This document shows, in pieces, positions 1 through 9,250 of a DNA stretch of 45,487 bases. The stretch is taken from assembly GCA_035701705.1 (NCBI GenBank), contig DASSRT010000054.1:1-45487 (forward strand). Reading direction: 5' to 3'. Source of the DNA: Rhodanobacteraceae bacterium. GTDB lineage: Bacteria > Pseudomonadota > Gammaproteobacteria > Xanthomonadales > Rhodanobacteraceae. The number at the start of each line of letters is the position of its first letter. Positions within the stretch are counted from its first letter, which is position 1. Both the position numbers and the translations under genes were made by a program. The notes beneath the pieces are model-generated. The model was not told where the DNA came from. It saw only the letters and a program-made list of their open reading frames with translations, and did not search any database.

Positions 1-20
1 ACGTCACGTGACCGATCCGG

Positions 21-90
21 TTTTTGCAGGAGCGGCGGAAGCCGCGACCCAGCCACGGGTGATTTTGCAGGAGCGGCGGAAGTCGCGACC
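21..90. repeat. Two tandem REP-like hairpin units, 41-bp period
   Basis: Seen directly: TTTTGCAGGAGCGGCGGAAGCCGCGACC at 22-49 and TTTTGCAGGAGCGGCGGAAGTCGCGACC at 63-90. Each carries a GCGGC-GGAA-GCCGC stem-loop. The pair lies just 3' of the galE stop. Confidence 0.7.
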
Positions 91-111
91 ACGAGTCTTT
101 GCGTGAAGGCG

Positions 112-1131
112 CTATTCGGAGAGCTTCTTTTCCCACGCCAACGCCGTTTGCGCGATGAAATCGAGGTCATCGTGGCGCGGCTGCCAGCCCAGCACCGAGC
201 GGATCCTGTCCGACACCGCGACCAGCGACGGCGGATCGCCCGCCCGCCGCGGCTCCTCGACGAACGGCACCGGCGCACCGTGGGCGCGACCCACGGCGTC
301 CAGCACCTCGCGCACCGAATAGCCGTGGCCATAGCCGCAGTTGAGCGTGGTCGATGCACCGCCCGCGCGCAGGTAGCGCAAGGCATCGAGGTGGGCGCGC
401 GCAAGGTCCGCCACGTGGATGTAATCGCGTACGCCGGTGCCATCGGGCGTCGCGTAATCGGTGCCGAAGATCGACAGCCGTGGACGCTTGCCGAGCGCCG
501 CCTCGCAGGCGACCTTCACCAGCAAGGTCGCATGCTTCGTCGACTGGCCGATGCGCCCCGCGGGATCGCAACCGGCGACGTTGAAATAACGCAGCGCCAC
601 GTAGCGCGGCCCACCCGCGGCGGCGAGGTCGCGCAGCATCCACTCGCTCATCAGCTTGGATGTGCCGTACGGATTGATCGGCGCGGTCGGCGTGTCCTCG
701 CTGGCCACGCCGTCCGCCGGCGTGCCGTACACCGCGGCGGTCGAGGAAAACACGATCTGCCGGATGCCGGCATCGCGACAGCATTCCAGCAGGTTGCGGG
801 TGGCGCAGGTGTTGTTGCCGTAATAGCGCAGGGGATCGGCGACCGATTCCGGCACGATCGTGCGCGCGGCGAAATGCAGCACAGTGTCGACGGCGTGTTC
901 CTGCAAAACCCTTGCCACCAGCGCGCGATCGCCGACGTTGCCGACGACCAGTTGCGCACCTTTTACCGCATCGCGAAAGCCGGTGGAAAGATCATCCAGC
1001 ACCACCACCCGCTCGCCGGCCTCGACCAGTTGCAAGACCACGTGGCTGCCGATGTAGCCAGCACCGCCGGTGACGAGGATGGTGTTGTGCGTCACCTGCG
1101 TTGCCAAAGCCGATCTCCTGCACGACCGCAA
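112..1131 (-). CDS. galE: UDP-glucose 4-epimerase (NAD-dependent epimerase, GalE type)
   Basis: 339-aa ORF with the N-terminal Rossmann motif ILVTGGAGYIGSH and GalE-like length and layout. Start is uncertain: the ORF opens with TTG at 1131, but a TTG at 1107 sits 6 nt after AGGAGA and is more plausible. Confidence 0.88.
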   Translation of the reverse strand: MRSCRRSALATQVTHNTILVTGGAGYIGSHVVLQLVEAGERVVVLDDLSTGFRDAVKGAQLVVGNVGDRALVARVLQEHAVDTVLHFAARTIVPESVADPLRYYGNNTCATRNLLECCRDAGIRQIVFSSTAAVYGTPADGVASEDTPTAPINPYGTSKLMSEWMLRDLAAAGGPRYVALRYFNVAGCDPAGRIGQSTKHATLLVKVACEAALGKRPRLSIFGTDYATPDGTGVRDYIHVADLARAHLDALRYLRAGGASTTLNCGYGHGYSVREVLDAVGRAHGAPVPFVEEPRRAGDPPSLVAVSDRIRSVLGWQPRHDDLDFIAQTALAWEKKLSE

Positions 1132-1226
1132 GGGAATTGCTGAGTTTACCGGCGTGCCGGTACGCCGATTGACCGGGTTGGCCCGGCGTGCTGCAATCGC
1201 GGGTCCGTTCCCGTCGCCGAAACCGC

Positions 1227-1757
1227 ATGTCCCCCGACGCCAGCCCGGCGCACAGCATCGATCCGGACCTGTTCCGGCGCGTGATGGGGCGCTTCGCCAC
1301 CGGCGTGACCGTGGTGAGTTTCCTGCGCGACGGAGCGCCGGCCGGCATGACGGTCAACGCCTTCCTGTCGGTGTCGCTGGCGCCGCCGCTGGTACTGGTG
1401 GCGGTGCGCAAGGTGTCGCGTTTCGTCGAGCATGTGCGCCTCGGCGACCGCTGCGGCATCAACATCCTGTCCGAACAGCAGCGCCACCTTGGCCCGCATT
1501 TCGCGAGCCAGCCGGAGCAGGAAGTTGAAGCGCACTTTTCCGACCACGCCGGCACCCCGCTGCTCGAAGGCAGCCTCGCGCAGATCATCGCGCGGGTGGT
1601 GGACATCCATCCGGCTGGCGACCACTTGCTGTTCATCGCCGAGATCGAACACCTCGCGCATGGAGCGGAGGCGCAACCGTTGATCTTCTTCAGCGGCCGC
1701 TACAAGCAGATCCACGCGCACGCGCCCGTTGACCCCGCGCAGCGCGACGCCAAGTGA
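1227..1757 (+). CDS. Flavin reductase family protein (FMN-binding split-barrel, HpaC/RutF-like)
   Basis: Translation FRRVMGRFATGVTVVS...GMTVNAFLSVSLAPPLVLVAV is typical of the flavin reductase-like domain. ATG at 1227; the ORF also opens at GTG 1188. Divergent from galE. Confidence 0.8.
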   Translation: MSPDASPAHSIDPDLFRRVMGRFATGVTVVSFLRDGAPAGMTVNAFLSVSLAPPLVLVAVRKVSRFVEHVRLGDRCGINILSEQQRHLGPHFASQPEQEVEAHFSDHAGTPLLEGSLAQIIARVVDIHPAGDHLLFIAEIEHLAHGAEAQPLIFFSGRYKQIHAHAPVDPAQRDAK

Positions 1758-1882
1758 TACGACAGCAGGTCCGGCGCCCGGCGCGGATCGGCACGCGCAC
1801 CGCCGCGACCGCGTGACGAACCCGGCCCGCGCAAAAACATCTGTAACATGACGCGCTTCAACTTCACCCAAGATCCTCTCCC

Positions 1883-3715
1883 ATGTGTGGAATCGTTGCC
1901 GCCTGCACCCAACGCGATGTCGTCCCGATCCTGCTCGCCGGGCTGAAGGCGCTCGAATACCGCGGCTACGACTCGGCCGGGATCGCGGTGCTGCAGGATG
2001 GTGCGTTGGTGCGCCTGCGCGCAGCGGGCAAGGTGCGCGGCCTGGAAGACTTGTGGCGGGCATCGTCGGTGCACGGCATGACCGGCATCGCGCATACCCG
2101 CTGGGCCACCCACGGCGCGCCCACCGAGGCCAACGCGCATCCGCACATCTCCAATGGCACGGTCGCGGTGGTGCACAACGGCATCATCGAGAACCACGCT
2201 GAATTGCGGACGCAACTGGAAGCTGCGGGTTACGTTTTCACCTCGCAGACCGACACCGAGGTCATCGCCCATCTGGTCCACCAGCTGGTGGCTGAAGGCC
2301 GCAGCCTGCGCGATGCCGTGTTCGCCGCCACCCGGCGTTTGCGTGGCGCGTATGCGATCGCCGTGCTGCATCGCGACCACCCCGGCCACGTGGTGGGGGC
2401 GCGCCGCGGCAGCCCGCTGTGCGTGGGCGTCGGCATCGGCGAGCATTTCCTCGGCTCGGACGTGCAGGCGCTGATCCAGGTGACCAACCGCGTCGTCTAT
2501 CTCGACGAGGGCGACATCGTCGAGATCACGCCCGACGCGTTCAGCATCGTCGACGCCGACGGCCATGTCGCCGAGCGCGCCCTGCACGAGAGCGACCTGT
2601 CGCGCGACGCGGTCGAACGCGGTCGCTTCCGGCATTACATGCTGAAGGAAATCTTCGAGCAGCCGCGTGCGGTCGCCGACACCCTCGAAGGCCGCATTGC
2701 CGACGGCCACGTGCTGCCCAACATCTTCGGCGTCGACGCCGACCAGCTGCTGCAACGCGCGCGCCAGGTGCACATCGTGGCCTGCGGCACCAGCTACCAC
2801 GCCGGTCTCGTGGCGAAGTACTGGCTGGAAGGCATCGCCGGCATTCCGTGCAGCGTCGAAGTCGCCAGCGAATACCGCTACCGCAAGGTGGTGGTGGTGC
2901 CCGACACCTTGTTCGTCGCGATATCGCAATCCGGCGAAACCGCGGACACGCTGGCCGCGCTGCGCGACGGCCGCGAACGCGGTTACCTCGGATCGTTCGC
3001 GATCTGCAACGTGCCCGAATCGAGCCTGGTGCGCGAAGCCGACCTGGCGCTGATGACCCGCGCTGGTCCCGAAATCGGCGTCGCCTCGACCAAGGCCTTC
3101 ACCACCCAGCTCACCGCGCTGGCCTTGCTGGCGCTGGAGTTCGCGCGCTTGCGCAAGGTGGATGCCGGCGTGCTCAAGGCCATGGTCGCGGAGCTCGCCG
3201 CCTTGCCGCGCGTGCTTGAGTGCGTATTGGAATTGGAGCCCGCGATTGCCAAGCTCGCCGAAACCTTCGTCGACAAGCACCACGCACTGTTCCTCGGTCG
3301 CGGTGCGCAATACCCGGTGGCGCTGGAAGGCGCGCTGAAGCTCAAGGAAATTTCCTACATCCACGCCGAGGCGTATCCCGCCGGCGAACTGAAGCACGGT
3401 CCGCTGGCGCTGGTCGACGAGGACATGCCGGTGATCGCGGTCGCGCCCAACAACCAGTTGCTGGAAAAGTTGAAGTCGAACCTCGAAGAGGTGCGCGCGC
3501 GTGGCGGCCAGCTGTACGTCTTCGCCGACGCCAGCGCCGATCTGTCACTCAACGGCAACCGCGGCGAGTTGATGAAGGTGGACACAGGCGGCAATTTCAC
3601 CGCGCCGGCGGTGTTCACCGTGCCCTTGCAATTGCTGGCCTACCACGTCGCCGTGCTGCGCGGTACCGACGTCGACCAGCCGCGCAACCTCGCGAAATCG
3701 GTGACCGTGGAATAG
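1883..3715 (+). CDS. glmS: Glutamine--fructose-6-phosphate aminotransferase (isomerizing)
   Basis: 610 aa. Starts MCGIVA (Ntn amidotransferase Cys2), has two SIS-domain regions and the canonical C-terminus NLAKSVTVE. Confidence 0.97.
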   Translation: MCGIVAACTQRDVVPILLAGLKALEYRGYDSAGIAVLQDGALVRLRAAGKVRGLEDLWRASSVHGMTGIAHTRWATHGAPTEANAHPHISNGTVAVVHNGIIENHAELRTQLEAAGYVFTSQTDTEVIAHLVHQLVAEGRSLRDAVFAATRRLRGAYAIAVLHRDHPGHVVGARRGSPLCVGVGIGEHFLGSDVQALIQVTNRVVYLDEGDIVEITPDAFSIVDADGHVAERALHESDLSRDAVERGRFRHYMLKEIFEQPRAVADTLEGRIADGHVLPNIFGVDADQLLQRARQVHIVACGTSYHAGLVAKYWLEGIAGIPCSVEVASEYRYRKVVVVPDTLFVAISQSGETADTLAALRDGRERGYLGSFAICNVPESSLVREADLALMTRAGPEIGVASTKAFTTQLTALALLALEFARLRKVDAGVLKAMVAELAALPRVLECVLELEPAIAKLAETFVDKHHALFLGRGAQYPVALEGALKLKEISYIHAEAYPAGELKHGPLALVDEDMPVIAVAPNNQLLEKLKSNLEEVRARGGQLYVFADASADLSLNGNRGELMKVDTGGNFTAPAVFTVPLQLLAYHVAVLRGTDVDQPRNLAKSVTVE

Positions 3716-3771
3716 CCGTGGTTACGCGGCAATAATCAGGGCACAATGCCGTCCAGCAAGGCGACGCCCGG

Positions 3772-4807
3772 ATGCTGGAAAGACCGAACATCGCGGCGCC
3801 CGTGCGCTGGCGGCCCATGCAGCCGGCGGACGTGGACGCGTGCGTGGAGATCGTCGCCGCGCATCCGGTGCTCGGTGCCCGCTACGGCGCGGACATTCAA
3901 CATCTGGGCCGCGCCTGGCGCTCCCTGCTCGGCTCGGCGGCCGCCGTCAGCGGCGTTTTCGAACGGCTGGACCCCAAACGCGCAACCATCGTCGGGGTCG
4001 GCTTCGCCGTTTTCGTCCGCGACGACTTCATCCGCGAGATCAAGACACCGCCGCTGCCCTGGATCGGGCCGGAACTGGCGCGCCGTGTCGCGGGAGGGGA
4101 TTCCCCGATCCTCACCAACGACGAGGTGCGCGACGCGAATTCGGGTGCGGGTCTCAGCAATATCGTGTGGGAGGGAGCGGGGACGCCGGAATTCGTCGCC
4201 ACCATGGATTTCTACCACCAGATGGTGGGTGCCTACGTCGAAGCCCTTCGAGGCTATTTGTTGAAGGAGATGATCACGGCGCAGGCGGTCAGCGTCGAAC
4301 GCCTGCTCTGGGTGGTCGAGGCGGGAGCGCTGTACTGGAACCCGGAGCAGCAGCGCTACGACACCAGCCCGCCGGAGCCGGTCGCGACCCTCGTGACACG
4401 CCCGCATCTCGCCGGCATCACGCGTGAACTCGAGTCCGTACGTCCCGGCTCATGGATAGGCACGCTGTTCAACTATCGCCCGCCGCGCTTCGGACTCAGC
4501 CGCGGTGAACAGCAGCTGTTGCATATGGCGCTCACGAGTCTCCATGGCACGGATCAGGAACTGGCCAGTGCCCTGTATCTCTCGGTGCCCACCATCAAGA
4601 AGACGTGGGGCTCGATCTATCGCCGCGTGGCCGACTGCGACGCGCAGCTCGTCCCCGACCCGGCCTTGGCCGAGCCGGGGACTTCCGAGCGGGGGGCCGG
4701 AGAAGCGCCGCAGCGTGCTCGCGTATGTCCGCGGGCACCCCGAGGAGTTGCGTCCGCATTCGCGCAAGCTGTTGCGGGAAAGCCTGCTCCAGCTGGCCAA
4801 CGACTGA
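3772..4807 (+). pseudogene. LuxR/FixJ-type HTH regulator with an uncharacterised (GNAT-like?) N-terminal domain; apparent +1 frameshift in a G6 run
   Basis: The frame starting at 3772 contains the HTH-like segment LSRGEQQLLHMALTSLHGTDQELASALYLSVPTIKKTWGSIYRRV. At the G6 run (4691-4696) the sensible continuation switches frame: PEKRRSVLAYVRGHPEELRPHSRKLLRESLLQLAND, stop 4805-4807. The unshifted continuation to 5079 is low-complexity and overlaps the convergent gene. Confidence 0.6.
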
Positions 4808-4832
4808 TGCCTTCAGCCATGCGCGCTTCCGC

Positions 4833-5531
4833 TCATGGCCCCACGGCCACCTCGCAATCCTGCGCCGCGCTGCCCCACGGCCAGCCACAGTTGGCGACGA
4901 CGCCGTGGATGGCTTGCGGCCCGAAGTGCGCACTGGAGGGCGCCCCGATCGTCAGCGTGACATTCGCGAACGTGACGGTCGCCGCACCCGGAACCAGGGT
5001 GTTCGACACGCCGAGGACGCAGATGGTCACCGGCGACGGGTTGCCGAACGGCGGATTGGCGCCGTTGGCCGTCACGTAGGCCGAGCCGGTGACCACGAAC
5101 CCGCCCGTGACCGCACCCACAGCCGGGCACATGGTCTTCCAATCCATCGGCCCGGCGTGCACCACGCCGTCCATGACACTGATGTGGTGCGTGTGGGGGC
5201 TCAGCTTGCCGGGATCGAAGTCCGGATCGGTATTCACGACTTCCGACGTTTCCATCGCGATCGCCGCCGAGAACACGGCCTTGCTCCGTGCAGCGTTCAG
5301 ATCCAGATCCCAGTTGCCGTGCATTTCGTACGGCGCACCCTTGATCGGCGTGCCGTTGACGCTCGCAGGCGTGTAGTCACTCAGCACGCCGCTGTAGTGC
5401 ATCGGCAGCCGCGACGACCCCCTCGCCACGGCGGTGGTCGACGCGCTTGCAGCCAATGCGGCCCATACCGCGACGCCCAATACCGGAACGGCCTTGGCGC
5501 GTGCGGCTTGCATCCAATCCTTGTTCTTCAT
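4833..5531 (-). CDS. Secreted hypothetical protein (Sec signal peptide, 4 Cys, His cluster HTHHIS)
   Basis: ATG at 5531 is preceded by GGGAGGG. The N-terminus MKNKDWMQAARAKAVPVLGVAVWAALAASASTTAVA looks like a signal peptide. No family recognised. Confidence 0.7.
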   Translation of the reverse strand: MKNKDWMQAARAKAVPVLGVAVWAALAASASTTAVARGSSRLPMHYSGVLSDYTPASVNGTPIKGAPYEMHGNWDLDLNAARSKAVFSAAIAMETSEVVNTDPDFDPGKLSPHTHHISVMDGVVHAGPMDWKTMCPAVGAVTGGFVVTGSAYVTANGANPPFGNPSPVTICVLGVSNTLVPGAATVTFANVTLTIGAPSSAHFGPQAIHGVVANCGWPWGSAAQDCEVAVGP

Positions 5532-5741
5532 GGCAAACCCTCCCGTCGCATGGTTGTGCCTGGAGTCGGCCGGGCCTGGCGTCCGGAGTTTGTTCAAGCC
5601 GGAGGTCCGGCTGGCTCCAAGTCTTGGAGAGGCTAGAGAAACCGTGCAGCGGCGCAATTACCCTAAAAGGACCGATTTGCGCGCGACGCAGCAAACCCGC
5701 GCGCAGGCCACGCGTGGTGGCTTCGCTCGGGAACGCAGTGC

Positions 5742-5773
5742 TTGACTCTGGACCATGGTCCATGGTCTAGACT
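5742..5773 (+). promoter_or_regulatory. MerR-type (CueR-like) promoter/operator with an over-long spacer
   Basis: TTGACT (5742-5747), a 19-20 bp spacer, then TAGACT (5768-5773). The spacer holds a dyad, CTGGACCAT-GGTCC-ATGGTCTAG (5748-5770, arms match 8/9). It lies directly upstream of cueR. Confidence 0.7.
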
Positions 5774-5779
5774 GGCCGC

Positions 5780-6205
5780 ATGAACATGAACCTGTCCACG
5801 CACCTGCCGATCGGCACGGTCGCCAAACGCGCCGCGGTTGGCATCGACACCGTCCGCTACTACGAACGCGAAGGCCTGCTGCCGGCGCCGCGGCGGCGTG
5901 CCTCCGGCTACCGCGACTACGACGCCAGCGCGGTGGAACGCCTGCGTTTCATCCGGCGCGCCAAGGAGCTCGGCTTCACCCTCACGGAAATTCGCGAGTT
6001 GCTGGCGCTGTCCGCCGACCACGAACGCGGCGTGCGCGGGGTCAAGCAGCGCGCGCAGGCGCGGCTGGATGCGATGGAGCAGCGCATTCGCGAACTGCAG
6101 CGCATGCGCCGCGGGTTGAAGCAGCTGATCGCCGAATGTCCGGGGCATGGCGACCCTGCCGCGTGTCCGATCCTCGGCGCGCTGAACCATGGAGGAGAAG
6201 CGTGA
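5780..6205 (+). CDS. cueR: MerR-family Cu(I)-responsive transcriptional regulator
   Basis: 141 aa. N-terminal MerR HTH ([24 protein letters not shown]) and a C-terminal metal loop [13 protein letters not shown] that resembles the CueR Cys pair. Overlaps the copA start. Confidence 0.85.
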   Translation: MNMNLSTHLPIGTVAKRAAVGIDTVRYYEREGLLPAPRRRASGYRDYDASAVERLRFIRRAKELGFTLTEIRELLALSADHERGVRGVKQRAQARLDAMEQRIRELQRMRRGLKQLIAECPGHGDPAACPILGALNHGGEA

Positions 6206-8577
6206 ACGCGCACATGCACGACCACGGTCACGGGGCATGTTGCGCGCATGGCACGCCGCATGCGCACGCTTCGCAGCAGGCATCCGGGCATTCCGTCCGC
6301 GATCCGGTTTGCGGCATGACGGTCGACCCGCAGACCGCGAAGCACCACGCGCAGCACGCCGGGCGCGCCTATCACTTCTGTTCCGCAGGCTGCCGGGAAA
6401 AGTTCGTCGTGGCTCCGCAGCGCTATCTGGGCGCGGCTGCGGAAGTGCGCGATGAGCACGCGCCGCCCGGCACGATCTACACCTGTCCGATGCACCCGGA
6501 AGTGCAACAGGTGGGGCCGGGCAGCTGCCCCAAATGCGGCATGGCGCTGGAGCCGATGCTGCCCGCGGGCGACGAGTCCGACGCGGAATTGCGCAGCGTG
6601 CGGCGGCGGTTCCGGATCGCCGTGGTACTGGCGCTGCCGCTGCTGCTGGTCGCGATGGTGCCGCACCTGACCGGCATGCATTTCGGTGCAACCGGCGCGC
6701 ACGTCCTGCGCTGGGTGGAGTTGCTGCTGGCAGCGCCGCTGGTGCTGTGGCTGGGCCGCGACTATTACCGCCGCGGCTGGTTGGGCGTGCGCAACCGCTC
6801 GCCCAACATGTACACCCTGATCGGCCTCGGCGTGCTGGTCGCCTTCGCCTACAGCCTGGTGGCGATGTTCGCGCCGGCGTTGTTCCCGCCGCGCATGCGC
6901 GACGCCCACGGCATGATCGGCGTCTATTTCGAGTCGGCCGGGGTGATCATCGCGCTGGTGTTGCTGGGCGAGTGGCTGGAGCTGCGCGCGCGCGGCCAGA
7001 CCTCCGCGGCGATCCGCCGCCTGATGGACCTGGCGCCGCGCACCGCGCGCCGCGTCGCTGCCGACGGCAGCGAACATGATGTCGCCATTGAGCAGGTGCA
7101 GGTCGGCGACGTGTTGCGCATCCGCCCCGGCGAGAAGGTGCCGGTCGACGGCGAGGTGCTGGATGGCACCAGCAGCATCGACGAATCGATGTTGAGCGGC
7201 GAAGCGGTGCCGGTCGAGAAGGCTGCCGGTGATCGAGTGACCGGTGGCACGGTGAATGGAACCGGCAGCTTGAAGATGCGCGCGGACAGGATCGGCGCGG
7301 AGACGGTGCTGGCGCAGATCGTCGAACTGGTGGCGAAGGCGCAGCGTTCGCGCGCACCCCTGCAGCGCGTCGCCGATCGCGTATCGCGCGTGTTCGTGCC
7401 GGCGGTGGTGGTGGTTGCGGTGTTGACCGCGATCGCCTGGCTGCTGTTCGGACCCGAGCCGCGGCTGGCCTACGCCATCGTCAATGCGGTGGCGGTGTTG
7501 ATCATCGCCTGCCCCTGCGCGCTGGGCCTGGCGACGCCGATCGCGATCATGGTCGCCAGCGGCCGCGGCGCGGAAAACGGCGTGCTGTTCCGCGATGCCG
7601 CCGCGATCGAAACGCTGGCGCACGTAGATACGCTGGTGCTGGACAAGACCGGCACCTTGACCGAGGGCAAGCCCAGCCTCACCGATGTCATCGCGGCAGA
7701 TGGCGTCGACGAACACGAAGTCCTGCGGCTGGCCGCAAGCCTGGAAGCGGTGAGCGAACATCCGCTGGCACGCGCCATTCTCGCCGGCGCGCAGGCACGC
7801 GGCGTGGCACCCGCGCCGGTGCAGGCCTTCGATGCAGTCACCGGGCAGGGCGTGCACGGACATATCGATGGCCGCGAAGTGGCGCTCGGCAACGTCGCGC
7901 TGATGCGTGCGCTCGGCGTCGACACGGGTCCGCTGGCTGCGCAGGCAGACGCGCTGGATGCCAGCGCCCGCACGTTGATGTATCTGGCCCTCGACAAGCG
8001 TCTGACTGGCTTGTTGGCGGTGCAGGACCGCATCAAGTCCGGCGCGCGCGAGCTGCTGGCCGAGCTGCATGCGCAAGGCCTGCACATCGTGATGCTGACC
8101 GGCGATGGTGAAGCCGTCGCGAAGGCCGTTGCCGCCGAACTCGGGCTGGATGATTGCGCTGCCACGCAAACCCCGCAGGACAAGGCTGCATGGATTGCAC
8201 GCGCACGCGCGCGTGGCGCCCGCGTGGCGATGGCCGGCGACGGCATCAACGACGCGCCCGCGCTGGCGATGGCCGATGTCGGCATCGCGATGGGCGATGG
8301 CACCGACGTGGCGATGGAAAGCGCGCAGGTCACCCTGTTGAAGGGCGAACTGGGCGGCCTGCTGCGCGCACGCAAGCTGTCTGCACAGACGGTGCGCAAC
8401 ATCCACCAGAATCTCGCGTTCGCGTTCGCCTACAACACGCTCGGCATCCCGATCGCGGCCGGCGTGCTGTTCCCCGTGTTCGGCTGGCTGCTCTCGCCGA
8501 TCATCGCCGCCGCCGCGATGAGCCTGTCCTCGGTCTCGGTGATCGGCAACGCGCTGCGACTGCGGCAGGCGCGCTAG
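6202..8577 (+). CDS. copA: Copper/silver-translocating P1B-1-type ATPase
   Basis: GTG at 6202 follows GGAGGAGAA and overlaps the cueR stop. Motifs seen: [20 protein letters not shown] ([13 protein letters not shown]), N-x6-YN-x4-P ([14 protein letters not shown]) and MSLSS. The N-terminus has a His-rich stretch plus two Cys motifs, CGMTVDP...FCSAGC and CPMHPE...CPKCGM. Confidence 0.92.
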   Translation: MNAHMHDHGHGACCAHGTPHAHASQQASGHSVRDPVCGMTVDPQTAKHHAQHAGRAYHFCSAGCREKFVVAPQRYLGAAAEVRDEHAPPGTIYTCPMHPEVQQVGPGSCPKCGMALEPMLPAGDESDAELRSVRRRFRIAVVLALPLLLVAMVPHLTGMHFGATGAHVLRWVELLLAAPLVLWLGRDYYRRGWLGVRNRSPNMYTLIGLGVLVAFAYSLVAMFAPALFPPRMRDAHGMIGVYFESAGVIIALVLLGEWLELRARGQTSAAIRRLMDLAPRTARRVAADGSEHDVAIEQVQVGDVLRIRPGEKVPVDGEVLDGTSSIDESMLSGEAVPVEKAAGDRVTGGTVNGTGSLKMRADRIGAETVLAQIVELVAKAQRSRAPLQRVADRVSRVFVPAVVVVAVLTAIAWLLFGPEPRLAYAIVNAVAVLIIACPCALGLATPIAIMVASGRGAENGVLFRDAAAIETLAHVDTLVLDKTGTLTEGKPSLTDVIAADGVDEHEVLRLAASLEAVSEHPLARAILAGAQARGVAPAPVQAFDAVTGQGVHGHIDGREVALGNVALMRALGVDTGPLAAQADALDASARTLMYLALDKRLTGLLAVQDRIKSGARELLAELHAQGLHIVMLTGDGEAVAKAVAAELGLDDCAATQTPQDKAAWIARARARGARVAMAGDGINDAPALAMADVGIAMGDGTDVAMESAQVTLLKGELGGLLRARKLSAQTVRNIHQNLAFAFAYNTLGIPIAAGVLFPVFGWLLSPIIAAAAMSLSSVSVIGNALRLRQAR

Positions 8578-8586
8578 GGGAGCCCT

Positions 8587-8776
8587 GATTTTGCCCGTCA
8601 TCCCGGAATACTCGCGCCATCCATGACGCTCGCGCTACGCGCCGTCTTCGGCGTTCGCGTTTGCAATCCTGCGAACGCAGTCGCAAGGCGATATCCGGAA
8701 CCCAGCGCCATTGCATCCCAGTGTGTCGCGCGTACGGCGCTGGGTCCCGGCTTGCGCCGGGATGACGAGCAAAATC
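8587..8776. repeat. MITE-like 190-bp element with 20-bp terminal inverted repeats (repeat family A)
   Basis: GATTTTGCCCGTCATCCCGG at 8587-8606 matches the reverse complement of CCGGGATGACGAGCAAAATC at 8757-8776 at 19/20 positions. Internal arms CCGGAACCCAGCGCC and GGCGCTGGGTCCCGGCTTGCGCCGGGATGAC match the element at 15492-15583. Confidence 0.65.
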
Positions 8777-8899
8777 AAAAACTCCCTCGGGCGTTGTCGC
8801 AGCGCGCCTTGCGGCGATCTTCTGGTTGCCCGATCAATGTATCCCGGCGCCACCAGATTCACGCGAACGCTCGCGTGGCGCCATGTCCTGCGAGTAAAG

Positions 8900-9220
8900 C
8901 TAATTCGCCACCTGCCAGCGGGCATCCGGCGGAGCGAGCGTGTGCTCGTGCATGGCTTCGCTGGCCAGATAGCTGCCGTCGCACAGCAGGCCGAGGCTGC
9001 GCACGCTGATCACGTCGATCAGCTTGCGCGTCTGGCACACGATCTGTTCGAGCACGGCATCGTCGCCTTGCAAGACAACGGTGAGGTGCGACAGCGCGGG
9101 TTCGTGCGTGGGCGCCACGGTGAGGGTGTCGATGTTGACGTGGCGCGCGGCGAACAGGCCCGCCACCCGCGCCAGCGCGCCGGCTTCGTTCTGCAACAGG
9201 ATCGACAGGGTGTGTTTCAT
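8900..9220 (-). CDS. ilvN: Acetolactate synthase small (regulatory, ACT-domain) subunit
   Basis: 106 aa. MKHTLSILLQNEAGALARVAGLFAARHVNIDTLTV is the AHAS small-subunit ACT signature. GGAGG lies upstream of the ATG at 9220. Isozyme naming (ilvN, ilvM or ilvH) is uncertain. Confidence 0.85.
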   Translation of the reverse strand: MKHTLSILLQNEAGALARVAGLFAARHVNIDTLTVAPTHEPALSHLTVVLQGDDAVLEQIVCQTRKLIDVISVRSLGLLCDGSYLASEAMHEHTLAPPDARWQVAN

Positions 9221-9250
9221 CGCAAGCCTCCGCAGGGTGAATCTCGAACG

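Noticed and set aside
1758-1882. glmS ribozyme or other riboswitch upstream of glmS
   Set aside because: The glmS ribozyme is, to my knowledge, a Gram-positive feature. The 125-nt spacer shows no obvious conserved core or stable structure. The only oddity is that there is no Shine-Dalgarno sequence before the ATG.
3772-5079. Single 435-aa CDS as given by the ORF track
   Set aside because: After the G6 run the frame becomes Ala/Pro/Arg-rich nonsense and overlaps the well-supported convergent gene (4833-5531) by about 250 nt. The +1 frame gives a sensible tail ending at 4807.
5917-8601. Very long antisense ORFs, e.g. 5917-8601(-), 1700-3397(-), 9588-11801(+), 16200-17882(+) and 40453-42816(+)
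   Set aside because: Each lies opposite a gene with unmistakable family motifs (copA, glmS, ilvB, leuC, glyS/glyQ). Their translations are low-complexity Arg/Gly/Ala/His-rich, which is typical of stop-codon-poor high-GC DNA.
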